A stretch of DNA of 64,000 nt from Centroscyllium fabricii. Its lineage: Eukaryota. The translations under genes and the position numbers were made by a program. The stretch covers positions 117,676,001 through 117,740,000 of the forward strand of contig JBNRSN020000010.1 of the NCBI GenBank assembly GCA_051313645.2, read 5' to 3'. The notes beneath the pieces were generated by a model, which had not been told where the DNA came from, searched no databases, and saw only the letters and a list, made by a program, of their open reading frames with translations. Position 1 is the stretch's first letter; every line of letters begins with the position of its first letter. Shown here piece after piece: positions 1-12,827 of the stretch.

Positions 1-417
1 ATGCCTCTGCAGTGGAACCAGTACATTTCACATCTTACACCTGCAACGTGTATTTTTAGACATATACCCATTTTTTTATCGTAATGTCGGAAGAACTTGG
101 TGGATATCTTACAAACAAAACATTGGAAATGTGAAAAATATTCCGGGGCAGACATGTGTTGTGGAACAAGTCAACTCAACCAGGAAAACGATTGTGGCCT
201 TACTGACATCATCACCAACAGCAGCCTATGAAATGTGTAGGAACTGAAGCGGAGTGCCAGAGTCTCGGAGGGTGATGAGGGGAAAGCAGCTCACAAATAT
301 TATGAAGTGGAAAAAAAATTATTTTGTAAATCCATTTAGTGATAGTTGGTTGGAGCTACAAGCTCTCAATGAGACATTTATGAAAGTCTGAAATGTTGTA
401 GAATTGTTACAAAATAA

Positions 418-1230
418 GGGGGGGATTTTCGGAGGGCTGTGAGGGCATGTTTCCGGCGGGGTGGGGCTTAAAATCCCGAAACCGGGGGGTCCCGACCCAT
501 CCCGCCAGATCCCTGCCGCTTTGCAGTTTTCGGCCGGCATGTCTAGTCGGCCCGAATCTTTCCCGCCCGCCATCGGCGGGGTTGATCCTTGTGCTTGTTA
601 GGGGCCCTTAACTGCCATGGGTAATCCCATTTTAAGGGCCCCTCACGATTTTTGAGCCCTTCCCACCCATACCCCACCATCCTGAAACCCCGCCGGTGAA
701 ACCTAGCAGGATCACAGTCGGCTTGGTCACTGTTACCTTCAAGGCAGAGAAGGACCTGTAGCAGAATGCCTTCCAGGCCTTCAACACCCTGGAGGTATAA
801 GTGACTCCCTTGTCTGAGGAGCGGCTGTGGAGAAAACCTTCCACAAACTTACCTGACAGATGAATGGAAATGCTTCACAGAGAGACGGCCGCTCACTGTG
901 AGAGCTTTCCAGCGAGTCCTTCGACCTGTCACTCAACCCACTTGGGCTTTGAGATTGGTTGCACGCCATTGTGATGTCACAATGCACTGTTTCCATAGAA
1001 ACTAACAACACGCAGTCCTTACCCCTGTCAATCAAACTTTCGGCTGTCAACTACAGCTCTGCCGTTTTCTGACTGGAATCAATCAATTGGCAGGGGCTCT
1101 GACACGCGGGCAATCAATTGGCCAATCAAGACAAAATTGCATGGGGCTCCCAGGCCCTTGAACATTCATGACTGAAACCTGGTCCGCCCAAAACCCACCA
1201 GCTTCCCACATCTTTGCGAAAATCCCCCTC
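418..1230. mobile_element. Non-autonomous Harbinger-type element
   Basis: TIRs GGGGGGGATTTTCG / CGAAAATCCCCCTC and TAA target duplication. Shares the TTTTAAGGGCCC and AAAATTGC(A/G)TGGGG motifs with the autonomous copy. Confidence 0.8.
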
Positions 1231-1254
1231 TAAGATTCTATTAAAAAGAAAGAG

Positions 1255-1469
1255 GGCTCTGGAATGCACTGACTGAAAGGATGGTAGAAGCAGATTCTGT
1301 ACCAACTTTCTGAAGAGTATTGGATAAATACTTGAAGGGAAAAAAATTGCAGAGCTATGGGGAAAGAGCGAGGGGAGAAGGACTCATTGGATAGCTCTAC
1401 CAAAGAGCCGGCATAGGCACAGTGGGCCAAATGGTCTCCATCTGTGCTGTATCATTCTGTGATTCTATG
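1255..1469 (+). mobile_element. Old CR1 3' tail
   Basis: GGGCCAAATGGTCTCC...ATTCTGTGATTCTATG end. Confidence 0.6.
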
Positions 1470-2690
1470 AAAGAGCGTTCTCTTTAAATATATCCTCAGG
1501 ATGTCCCAAAGTGCTCCACCACTAATCAATTACTTTCTGAAGTGCAGTCAAGTGGTCATATAGTCAAACATGGTGGCCAATTGATGCACAGCAAGCTCCC
1601 ACAAACAATAATGACATGAATGAGCAGATAATCTGTTTCTAATGGTGTTAGTTGAGGGTTAAATGTTGGCCAGAACACCAGAATAACTCCCTACTCTTCC
1701 TCAAAAAAATGCTATGGGATCGTGCATATTCATCTGAACAGGCAGACTTTTCCTCGGGCCGTGAGGCAGATTTCTGGGCGGGACTGCAGTGAAAATAGCC
1801 TCAGTCCCGCCCAGCATCGGTGGGGATACTCGTTAAGCTCATTAGGGGCCCTTAATTGGCATTGGTAATGCCATTTTAAGGGCCCCTTGCTACTTTCACA
1901 CTCTTCCCACCCAGAATCTGCCTGGTGGGAACACTGCCGGTGAAAGCTAGTGGGCACCCAATCGGCTGAGTGACTACCACCTTCAAGGCATGGGAAACAA
2001 CAGCCACACAGCAGCTTGCTAGCCTCCACCATGCTGGAGGTGTAACTGGCACCCAAGGGTGCAAAACTTCAGTGCCCAAAGAACTTAAAATCACTTACCT
2101 GCAGATGCGTCCCAGTCACTCACAGACAACGCGCTGCAAGCTGTGTCTGTGAAGCAAGCTGTCAGTCACCCAGTGGATCAGTTTCTGTTTACATTCCACT
2201 GAAACCACAAACAAGCAGAGCTAGCCGACTTAAAGCTGTCACTCTTAGATTTGTGGTTTCCTCTGTTGACATAGCATTATGACATCATAATGCCCTGAAA
2301 CCACAGAAAGAGAAGCAGCAAGCCTATCACTATGGCTGCCAATCAAAGGCTCTGCTGCAGACACAGGTCAAAACCCGCCCACTTTCGAGGCAAAATCCCT
2401 CAATTACTAGGATCTTCCCACACTCTGGGAATTAATTGGCCAATTAAGCCAAAATTGCATGGGGATTCCACACCCTTCAAAAAGTGGGAAGCTAGCATGA
2501 TCAGTGGGGATCCCACCCATTTCCCACACCTTCAGGAAAATCCTGCCCAATGTCTTATTCAAAAGACAACACCTCTGACAATGCAGCACTCCTTCAATAC
2601 TGCACTGACATATCAGCCTAGATTATGTGTTTTAAGTCCTACAACCTTCTCACTCAGAGGTGAAAGTGCTACCACTGAGGCAAGCTGGTA
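1470..2690 (-). mobile_element. DeuSINE split by a Harbinger MITE
   Basis: Reverse complement of the 11362 family at 1470-1740 and 2549-2690. Confidence 0.65.
1740..2548. mobile_element. Non-autonomous Harbinger-type element nested in a DeuSINE
   Basis: Ends AGGCAGACTTTTCCTC / CAGGAAAATCCTGCCC. Same internal GGGCCCTTAA...TTTTAAGGGCCC and AAAATTGCATGGGG motifs as 418-1230. Confidence 0.7.
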
Positions 2691-2902
2691 CTTGTACTGG
2701 GTAACATGTACGAATCTGCATGCTGGAAGCGGATGCAGAGATCCCACGGGATTTTTCCGTACATTTTGTCCACTCCTACATTAACAAAATGTGTTCTTGG
2801 TTCACGAAGCTCCACACTAGGAGCATAAATTCATAAAATCTATTCTTATCTCTAATATTATGGCAGAATAAGATTACATTACTAGAGTGAGCCTATAATA
2901 TT

Positions 2903-3608
2903 GGGCCAGAAATTCCGACCTGCGCATATCGCGTTTGAGCTCTGGTGCGATGGCGGCCAGCAGGGGGGGCAGAGTTCGTGCGATGGCTATCGCAGGAACC
3001 AATGCACCACAGGGTGCGCTGCAACATTCCGGGGGGGTTTTCACATTTTTCTACGGACCAAGCAAAGAAGATTGTACGCTTGAAAAAAGGAGTCGCAAGC
3101 ACCAGTTTTTATCAGCAAAGTCTGTATTTTATTGATTTTAAGTCTTGTTTTTTCAGGGTTTGAATTATTGTTACATTTAAAGACAGGTAAGTATTTATTT
3201 AGGTCTGTTAAACGTCGAAAAAAAATCCATAAATTTTAATTTTTTCTTTAAAATAGGTTATTTATGTTAGTTAAAGTAATGTTAAAAAAATGTGGTGTTT
3301 TTAAAACTTTAATTTTGAGTTTAGATGTGTTTTGGAAGATCTCTCTTTTGAAAACTTACACAGATTTCTGTGTGTAAGTTTTTAATGGAGGATTGCTTCC
3401 ATTGATTGGCTCCCTGCCGATCACGTGATCTCGTGCAAGACTTCGAACTAATTACGCCACTAAGTTGCCCACGGAGCACGCACAGAGCTCTGTCAAGCTG
3501 TGCTAATCGGAAAGTCACAGTGCAAAAACTCAAAACTGAAAAAGTGCTGGGTATGCGCTAATAAGAGCACTGCACCCGCACGAAAGCCCCAATCATAATT
3601 TCTGGCCC
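2903..3608. mobile_element. Harbinger-type MITE with AT-rich core
   Basis: TIRs GGGCCAGAAATT / AATTTTCTGGCCC with an exact ATT duplication on both sides. Confidence 0.8.
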
Positions 3609-3763
3609 ATTGTTGGCTGGCCTGTGGTTAGCATGGACTAATCAAATTCATGTTAACCATATGGCACCACAGACTAATCACATGACCAATTAGATAATTG
3701 AAAAGAATGTCAATTATGGCTTTTTAGAGACCATGATAGTCCCCTATCCCTTCCTCTGTTAAT

Positions 3764-4179
3764 ACATACATAGAAACATAGAAACATAGAATATAGGAGC
3801 AGGAGTCGGCCATTCGGCCCTTCGAGCCTGCTCCGCCATTCAATGAGATCATGGCTGATCATCCAAACCCAGTACCCTGTCCCTGCCTTGTCCCCATATC
3901 CCTCGATCCCTATCGAGCCTGCACTGACACATATCCCACCCTATTCCAGTAACCCCACATATGTAATCCCCCTAACACTAAGGGTCAATTTATCCTGGCC
4001 AATCAACCTAACCTGCACATCTTTGGATTGTGGGAGGAAACCGGAGCACCCGAAGGAAACCCACGCAGACACGGGGAGAATGTGCAAACTTCACACAGAT
4101 AGTACCCGAGGCCGGATTTGAACCCGGGTCCCTACTGCTGTAAGGCAACAGTGCTAACCACTATGCCACCGTGCTGCCC
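3764..4179 (-). mobile_element. HE1-like V-SINE, tail-B type
   Basis: tRNA-like head (GGCACGGTGGCATAGTGGTTAGCAC...GGTTCAAATCC), V-domain-like core, CR1 tail ending (TTTCTATG)n. Confidence 0.85.
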
Positions 4180-5038
4180 TTATCTTCTAACCTGGGCATT
4201 TTACCCACCATTTACTCCCTCACATACCTGCTCTGAATGCTCAATCTCTGCTTTCCTCCCTTCCCCTCTCTCTCTCATGCCCTACCCATCTGCTCTAGAT
4301 CTGCTCTAGCTTCCATCCCAGCGCAACTGAGTACTTTAGCTCCACCTCCACCCCATGGCGGTCCATACCCAGTACTCCAGCTTCCACCCCTCTCTCACAG
4401 TAGTTTTAGGTGCAGCGTCACTTCTTGCAGCTCCAGGCCATAACTCGCCCCCTGCCCCCCGACCCCTATTCTCCAGGCTCCAAGCCCAGGCAGGGTAGGA
4501 TGCAGCAGATTGGAAGTGCAAGTTTTGAATGGGCTGATAGGCCTCCTTGACTGTGCGACAGCTGGTTCAGCTGAGCAATGATCCTGCTGCTTCTAAAACT
4601 TAAAAGTACAAAAGCAGCAGGCTCAGTGCCCTGGAAACCAGCTCATCTGCCTGTTTGGACACTGATGCACCTTGCAAGCTCTCTCACAGAGTTCATGCTG
4701 CCATCCACTGCAGCCCCCTGCTGTAACTCCAGCTCAGGTACCAGTAACACTCCCCTGGCCGCCAAATACAAAGAAGGCAGCAATACACATGATATCCCTC
4801 TCCTCATGCCATGTTCAGTTGTCAATCTGCCTTCTACATTTGGCCCTTAAGGTCCACTCTGCACTCCCTCCAATCTCCAGTTTCCGACCTCATGCTCTGC
4901 TGCATTCTTTCCCCACTGTGCTCCCTTCCAATCTCAGATCTATCTATTTTTCATGAGTAACTAGGTTTCATAATATCAGAAATCAGGGGAAGCCACTTCA
5001 TTTCTGTTAGTTCCAACATTTACATTTCAGAATCATTA

Positions 5039-5885
5039 GGGGCAATTTTAACTGCAAAACAACAGGTGCATTTGGGTTGAGTGGGATGTTAAAATGTTAA
5101 AACTTTCATACCCGAACCCCACATGCCTCAAACCCACCCACTTCCGGTTTTAATGGAGGCAAGGCAATCACTGACCAACCCCGAGACAATCGACTGCCCC
5201 CGCGATCACCGGCCCCTCCCACAATAACTGACCCCCACCCATCTCTGCCCCCGATCTCTCTCCGACCCACCGTGATCATCCCCTGACCGTCCAAACCACG
5301 CAGTGCCTCCACTCCATTATGATCTCTACCCCAAGCAGTAGGAAACCCATCTGTTCCTGGGCCACAGCATCTTCTGCCATGTTCCCTGCCCAACAGGGAG
5401 CCAAGCCTGTCAATCAGGCTTTTTCATAGATAGGAAATAGGAGCAGGAGTAGGCCATTCGGCCCCTCGAGCCTGCTCCGCCATTCGATGAAATCATGGCT
5501 GATCATCCAAACTCAGTACTCTGTCCCTGCCTTCTCCCCATATCCCTTGATACCTTTAGCTCTAAGAAATATATCTAACTCCTTCTTGAACATATTTAAT
5601 GACTTGGCCTCAACTACATTCTGTGGTAGAGAATTCCACAGGTTCACCACTCGCTGGGTGAAGAAATTCTTCCTCATCTCTGTCCTAAATGGCTTACCCC
5701 TTATCCTTATACTGTGACCCCTCTTATCCTTAGACTGTGACCCCTGGTCTGGCTTCCAGGAGAGAAACCAGTTAAGAAGAAAACATGCACACTGTAGAGT
5801 TAAAACTCCACAGCATTCGAGGATGACCAGAACTCCTCCCCCCACCCTCCTGCTTGGAAATCCTGCCCCAGTAAAGACCGGGGCC
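5039..5885. mobile_element. Degenerate Harbinger-type MITE interrupted by a CR1 3' fragment
   Basis: GGGGCAATTTTAACT start and AGTAAAGACCGGGGCC end. The internal sequence is split by the CR1 tail at 5428-5750. Confidence 0.5.
5428..5750 (-). mobile_element. CR1 3' fragment (tail B)
   Basis: RGHSIRIRGKPFRTEMRKNFFTQRVVNLWNSLP plus UTR. Confidence 0.85.
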
Positions 5886-6192
5886 ATTGACTCTGTGCTC
5901 GATGGCAGGCAACAAAAGAAAAAACTAGCTTCCCAAGTAGGGGTAGTAACCAGGAACAAAAGTATTCATTTTTGGCATATATCAGATATTAGTGAAAAAA
6001 GAATCAGTTAAAATAAAGATGATTTAGTGTGATGTGTTAAACCTAATGAGTTGGAAGCACTTACCGAGTTATAAGATATCCAATTAAATATTCATAAAGA
6101 TTTTTAAATTAATTTGTAGGATCTTTTGGGACAAGCTTTAATCTTATAAATGAAATAATACTTTTAGAAAGGCTAGACTTTAACTACAAAAA

Positions 6193-6347
6193 GGGAAGAT
6201 TCTCCATTTTAGCCCTTCTGATGCGTGCTGGGACTGCATATCATGCAATTACACAACCCAAGCCCATGATTTTGTCTATTCATTTTAATGGGTGAAAAAT
6301 CACAGGCTATGGGTGCGTAATTTCCCGCTACGAAGCAGAAAACCTCC
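6193..6347. mobile_element. Small palindromic MITE remnant
   Basis: GGGAAGATTCT...GAAAACCTCCC ends and internal inverted arms around ATTCATTTTAATGGG. Confidence 0.45.
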
Positions 6348-6732
6348 CATAATGTTCTCACATCAATCTACATGGATGAAACTTAATAATAAAAAGAAAG
6401 ATAAATTCTATTTCAGTTCCCATGTTGCACAGCAAGAGAAATTAGTTAGAAGTACTAAATAGAATTAATTACAATTACTTTGGCCCTTCTCCAGAAAACG
6501 TAACAATCTAAATTGAAACCTTGTTGACAATGAGTCATCAAAGGCCCTCCATTTGTCATTACCTTAATTGACATTGAAATACCCTTGCTCATATATATCT
6601 CAATCTATAGATAGAGTTATATAGAGAGAGAACGTGTAGAATAGTAAAGATGTGCACCAATTTGATAAATCCCTGGTAAATATAAGCCTCTGATGGAATA
6701 ATTAGCAAAGCCTCAAGCATAGGGAGATATTA

Positions 6733-6975
6733 TGTGCAGGTTAGATTGATTGGCCATGATAAATTGACCCTTAGTGTTAGGGGGATTGAATATTGGGGTT
6801 ACGGGAATAGGGTGGGATATGTGTCAGTGCGGGATCGAGGGATATGGGGACAAGGCAGGGACAGGGTACTGGGTTTGGATGATCAGCCATGATCTCATTG
6901 AATGGCGGAGCAGGCTCAAAGGGCCAAATGGCCTACTCCTGCTCCTATCTTCTATGTGTCTATGTTTCTATGTTT
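6733..6975 (+). mobile_element. 5'-truncated HE1-like SINE, tail-B type
   Basis: Matches the 3' half of 14596-14992. Confidence 0.8.
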
Positions 6976-8995
6976 ATTAATATGTATTTCCAATGCAGAG
7001 CTGAGCATTGTATTTAACAATTGGCATCTTGATCATTTTGTACTCCAGTCTCTCTCTCCTACATTAGTGAAACCCAACAAAAATATATTGTACTCTGATG
7101 TAATTTATAGGTAGAATATAATTACGAGGCAGTAACACAATGAAGGAGTTTAGATTACACTTAAAAAATCATGAGATGAAGCTCGCGTGATTTTAAGGTA
7201 ATTCTTAGCAATTAGTATAATTTTTTAGTCTGTGGTTATTTTAAGTTATCAAGATTTAGTGCTATCTTTGAACCCTGTGACATTTTTTTGTCAGTGCTAG
7301 GGTTTTGGAATTTAACATTTTATTTTGCCCCAAAAAATGTGACTCAACGTCAGCCTCAGAACAGCACTCCCTCAGGCGGTAGTGAGGTTTTCTTATCCCA
7401 GCCACCCTTGAAGAATGTTTCTCTCCTCCAATTTCACTCTGGTTTTCTACCCTCGTACTCCTCTCCAGCACCTCTCTGATACCTCAACAAAGTGGCTTGT
7501 TGATAAAACTTTTCTGGACACATCTCTACATGATGTCTATCTCCAACCAGCATTTTAATTTTGTGTAATCAAGACTTCCTTGTCTAGAATGAGCATTTTT
7601 CTCTAGGTAATATGTGCAGTATTAGTATCAGATGGTGTTTGACAGATGAAAGGTTGGCAGTTGGCATTAGTTTTGGAGATAATTGGCAGGTGCATGATGT
7701 TGTGACTGACAACTCAACCACTATTAAGGACATTAAAGTTCAACATAAATATGGATCATTGCTTCACAAGCAGGCTGCCACAAGAATTATTCCATGTCAC
7801 CAGATAATGAGAAAACCATACATCCCATCCCTTTTTTGGCAAATGCTCATTTCAAGGGCTGTTACCATGACAAACCAGCTATCACTCAAAGTGCATAAGT
7901 CAGTTTAGTTCCTGTGATGCATCACAGACCGAGGAGTAATTTCCTTATGCTGCTGCAGAGATCACCCCATGTAAGGTCAAATATCTGCCTCACTTCCCAC
8001 TTAATATTTTGCTTTGTGCAATTCAGGCAGTCACCAAATAGCTGATTTTATCTTTAGGGAGCCCTCTTCAAGGATCACTTACAGCAAGCCTACTATTGAC
8101 TGAACTTATTTGAGTTTTAATACTGGAGATGCTGTAAGCGCACAATTCTTTCCATCAATTTGTTTTACCAAGGTCTATTGTCACGTGCCAATGTATATTA
8201 TTTTAATGTTTGGAGGTTGCTTGGGAAGGGCTGTTACATACAAGATAAAAAGATTGACAGAAATAAAATTGATCGAGCATTTTGTTTCCCGCCCACTTCC
8301 CCTAGATATTTTTTCTCTTAGCCCTTCCTCTCCTGAATGTGGCGACTCCGGTTTGGGGTACAGTTTCACAGGCAAAAGCAACTCTATGGTATCTGAACCC
8401 AATAGCAATTTTAACTCAGGCCTGAGTGGGAAAGCCACTTGGCCAGCCCATGACAGAAGAGGGTCAGCCCCAGAAGAGACAATAAAAGGTAAGGTCCTGA
8501 TTATAACTCTGGGCGGGGTTTTGAGCGGGTGGATGGCAAAGGGAGTTCGAAACTGACCCGGTACTGCAGAAATCCGGGCCGGAGGATTTCAACACCTGGG
8601 CCTCATTGACATGCTGCCAGTTCACATCCAGGTAGGAAATCGGCAGGAAGCAGAGGAAAATCGCATGGCATGGAGACCACCTGCCCACACAAGGTAGGAG
8701 GTGAAATTGGGCTCCGGGGTGTCTTGCAGTGAAAGGAAAGAAAAACACTTAACGTTTTCAGTCACATCTGGGTCTGATCCATCTTCTGTGTTGCATTTAT
8801 ATATTAGCTGTCAGAATCACCTTGCAGTGCTTCATAAACAATGAATTACTTTAAAATGCAGTGAACGCTGTTATGCAAACATAGCAACTCAAATGCACAA
8901 ACTTCTGATATAAAGATGTGTGTACACGCATCCTTCTGTTTCAAAATTTGACTTAACCACTATGTATTTCTAACAGTTTTCTGTTTTACATAATA

Positions 8996-10799
8996 CAGGT
9001 TGAGCACTGGTAATCCAGCACCCGATGGTCCGGCACCCGATGGTCCGGCACCTTCAGTGGTTCGGCACGAATCGAAACCGGTGGTCTTCAGTTTGCGGAG
9101 CAGCCGCTCGATGGCGCCACCATTTCTCACGAAGGGTGGGCGAGCACCGAAGGCGTCGGGTGTTTAGGTTTCTGCTTTTTAGTGTTCTATCCCCGGGCTC
9201 CCTCCCGGGGAGTGTTCTACCCGCGCGCTCTGGACCCCGGGGAGTGTTCTACCCGCGTGCTCCAGACCCCGGAGAGTGTTTCTCAGCAATTGCAGCGGAC
9301 CTGTGCAAACGTCAGTGGCTTGTAAATCGTCCCGCGGACAACCACAGGAAACGGCAGCTGCGGGATCTCACCAACAATGCAGCAATTCTCGTTAAAAGTT
9401 TTTCTCGGCTCTTCACAGGTATAATCCTTGCTTCTTTTAGTGTTGGATAAGGACCGGCTCATTATACTCCAGCTAGTAAATACACACTTTGAGGGGGATT
9501 TTGCCGTTAGTGCGGGAACCTGGCGGGGATTGGTTGGGGCGGGTTCCTGTCCCACCCGCCCAAAGACCTGGGAACCCCACGCAATTTTAATTTGATTGAG
9601 TAATTAAATCCCCGCGTGCGGCAGCCGGTGGTAATTGACTCAATTGAGTCGGAGCTGTAGCCGGCTGCGAGGAGCTTGATTGACAGTTCCAGCACTGGTT
9701 GTTAACAGTTCCCATGGAAACACTCCACTGTGACATCACAGTGGAGTGGAACCAATGGGAAGGTCAAGTGCTGGTGACTGACAGGTGGGCGGGCGGGCTC
9801 CAAATCCTTGACAGCTCGGCACCGGCTGTCAGGAAATGTGCAAAGCTGAGATTTCTCAGTTTTTGCCCATCGCTAGTGTATCCACCACGGAGTGACTTAC
9901 AGGTGCTGAAGGCCTGCGAAGCATTTTGCAGCATGTCCTTCAACACCTTGAAGGAGAAAATAATGAACAGCGCTGTGCTCCCGCTGGGTTTCACCAGCGG
10001 GGTTTTAGGCTGGCGGGGTTAGGGTGGGAATGGGGTGAAAATTTGGAAGGGCCCTTAAAATGGCCGCCGGCGGGGATGGGTTGTAACCTCGTTAAGGGCC
10101 CTTAATTAGCATGTTTAATGCCATTTTAAGGGCCCTTCCAAATTTTCATGCCATTCCCACCCTAACCCCGCCAGCCTAAAACCCCGCTGGGTGAAACCCA
10201 GCGGGAGCACCGCGCTGTTCATTACTTTCTCCTTCAAGGTGTTGAAGGACATGCTACAAAATGCTTGGTATGCCTCCAGCACCTTAGAGGAGTAAGTCAC
10301 TCCATGGTGGGTGCACCAGCTGTGGGCAAAAACTGAGAAATCTCAGCTTTGCACATTTCCTCACAGCCGGTGCCGAGCTGTCAAGGATTCGGAGCCCGCC
10401 CGCCCACCTGTCACTCACCAGCACTTGACCTTTCCCATTGGTTCCACTTGACTGTGATGTCACAGTGGAGTGTTTCCACAGGAACTGTCAACAACCAGTG
10501 CTGGAACTGTCAATCAAGCTGCTCGATCCCCACTGGAGCCCCGACTTGATTGAGTCAATTACCAGCGGCTGCCGCAGGCAGGGATTTAATTACTCAATTA
10601 AATGAAAATTGCGTGGGGTTCCCAGGTCTTTGGGCAGGTGGGACAGGAACCTGCCCTGACCAATCCCCGCCAGGTTCCCGCACTTCCGGCAATATCCCCC
10701 CCTTTATGTCTATAATTGTAAAGCTTCAGTGGTTCGGAATTTTCAATGGTCCGGCACCGGCCTGGTCCTGAGGGTGCCAGGTTACCGGTGCTCAACCTG
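8996..10799. mobile_element. Tc1/mariner/pogo-type MITE hosting a nested foldback element
   Basis: TIRs CAGGTTGAGCACTGGTAATCCAGCACCC / GGGTGCCAGGTTACCGGTGCTCAACCTG with TA left and CA right. Subterminal ATGGTCCGGCACC repeats. Confidence 0.8.
9491..10702. mobile_element. 1.2-kb foldback (hairpin) Harbinger derivative
   Basis: Arms ~9491-10064 and ~10120-10702 are near-identical inverted copies with a ~55-bp spacer. G-run/C-run termini and a TTT duplication. Confidence 0.85.
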
Positions 10800-11696
10800 C
10801 ATTATATAGATATCATCTGTATGCTGAATTATCTCGTAGTACTTCACTGGTGAAGAACGTAGGTGCATGTGCTGTATTTTTAATTTATTTATTTATGCTA
10901 TTGTCAGACTCTGTTTTAAATGACTGCCTGCTTATGTATTTAAACAGAATGCACAGTATTTAATGTACAAAAGATACTCACCCACAGCCAATATACAAAA
11001 CCAAGCCCAACTGTGAGCTTTTTAACTGTAGAAATGTAATGGTGTAAATGTTTTTATGCTGATCTCAATTCACAATATAAATGTGGACCTTACTCCCAAC
11101 CACAAAATGTTGGACCTTCTCTCCCGGCCTGCCCCAGCATCGTGCTGTTGTAGTCATTTGCTTTTTAGCTAGGAACTACCAACCCTTTCAGGGTATAAAA
11201 CATTAACTGTAGCTTTATTCCACTTCAATTATCTGACACAGGGACCATTTTAGAAATTATTGTCAGTAGTTTGAAAGCTTCCCTTTCTTTAGACAACTTG
11301 TTTGGCAAGTGCAAGCTGTGTTCCTTCATGTTCATGAAAAGTAGCCATTGTTAGTAAGTAAATGGTGTCAGTGGTAGCACTCTCACCACTCCAAAGACTT
11401 GAGCACATAATCTCGGCTGACAATTCAGTTCAGTCCTGAGGGAGTGTTGCTCGGTCAGAGATGCCTTTTATTGAATGAGACATTGAACCGAAGCCCTGTC
11501 TGCCCCCTCAGGTAGGTGTGAAAAATCCCATGGTATTAGTCAACGAAGAGCAGGAGAGTCCGCCCGATGTCCTGCCCAATATTTATCCCTCAACCAACAT
11601 CACTAATAAAGAATATCTGGCCATTTATCTCACTGCTGTTTGTGGGACCATGCTGTGTGCAAATTGGCTGTTGGGTGTGCCTACATATCATACAAT

Positions 11697-11994
11697 CATC
11701 ATAGAATCGCTACAGTGCAGATAGAGGCCATTTCGGCCCAACAGCATATCCCACCCTGTCCCCGTAACCCCACATATTTAATCCCCCGAACACTAAGGGT
11801 CAATTTATCCTGGCCAATCAACCTAACCCGCACATCTTTGGACTGTGGGAGGAAACCGGAGCACCCGGAGGAAACCCACGCAGACACGGGGAGAATGTGC
11901 AAACTCCACACAGATAGTACCCGAGGCCGGATTTGAACCCGGGCCTCTAGCGCTGTGAGGCAACAGTGCTAACCACTATGCCACCGTGCCGCCC
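11697..11994 (-). mobile_element. HE1-like V-SINE, tail-A type, nested in a DeuSINE
   Basis: Same head and core, with the GGGCCGAAATGGCCTCTATCTGCACTGTAG tail. Confidence 0.85.
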
Positions 11995-12013
11995 ATATGA
12001 AGTACTTTGGGAT

Positions 12014-12447
12014 CAACAACGGAAAATGCTGGAAAAACTCAGCAGGCCAGGCAACATCCGTGGAGAGAGAAACAGAGTTAACGTTTCAGGTCGAAACCCT
12101 TCATCAGAACTGAGAAAAAAAGGCAGGAAATGAAACAGATTAAAAAGCAGGTTTCGGGGCTGGGAAATGGGGGAGGGGATTAAAGAACAAAAGGGAAGTG
12201 AAGAGACATTAAGAGATATTCAAGACGAGACGAGATGGTAATAGGACAGGTAAAAGAGACAAAAGATGGCTCGAGATGAAATGTGAAATGCGCTGGCAGA
12301 ATGAGAGACAGCTGCCATGGGGAGAGAGAAAAAACCAAAAGGCACAATCCAAAGGTGTTGATAAAAATATATAAAAATATAACAGGGGCTGAGGTTATGA
12401 TCTGAAATTGTTGAACTCGATATTGAGTGTGGAAGGCTGTAAAGTGC
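12014..12447 (-). mobile_element. Penelope-like 3' fragment (ORF end, UTR, hammerhead)
   Basis: Encodes GTLQPSTLNIEFNNFRS*, like the 50965 ORF end. Flanked by a CTTTGGGAT duplication (12005-12013, 12448-12456). Confidence 0.85.
12076..12111 (-). ncRNA. Minimal type-I hammerhead ribozyme motif, intact
   Basis: AGTT-CTGATGA-A-GGGT-TTCG-ACCT-GAAA-CGT-T-AACT: stem I AGUU/AACU, UUCG-capped stem II, palindromic ACGU stem III. Confidence 0.75.
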
Positions 12448-12827
12448 CTTTGGGATGTCCTGTGAATGTGAAAGGCACTATATAAGTGCTCATTCTTTCC
12501 TTTAAGGTTTGTAACAACAATAACAATAATGAGCCTTTAAAGTGACTTTAAGATACTTCAAAGATTGGATTTTAAACAAAACAGATGTGTAGCCAGGAGG
12601 GTGAGTATGGCCAAAAGTTTGGTCAACGAGATGGTTTTAGAAAGGTTTTAAAGGAGGAGCGAGAAATGGACATTTTGGAGCGCTATAGGGAGGTAATTCC
12701 AAAGAGTAGGACTCGGGCAGCTGAAGGCTCCGCCATCGATAATGGCCAAAGGGGGGGGGGGGGGGGGGGGTGAGTAATGCAGTGTTCAGGAGGGGATGCA
12801 GGGCTGGAGGAGATAGGGCGAGTGTGA

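Larger units (their letters stand above)
11362..12500 (+). mobile_element. SacSINE1/AmnSINE1-like DeuSINE carrying two nested insertions
   Basis: Deu-like CCCCTCAGGTAGGTGTGAAAAATCCCATGGTATTA..GAAGAGCAGG and 3' TTTGGGATGTCCTG..GTGAAAGGCACTATATAA. Confidence 0.7.

Noticed and set aside
12751-12770. Long G/C homopolymers (also ~21057, 27279, 30079, 30517)
   Set aside because: Simple low-complexity runs of uncertain length accuracy, with no evidence of function.
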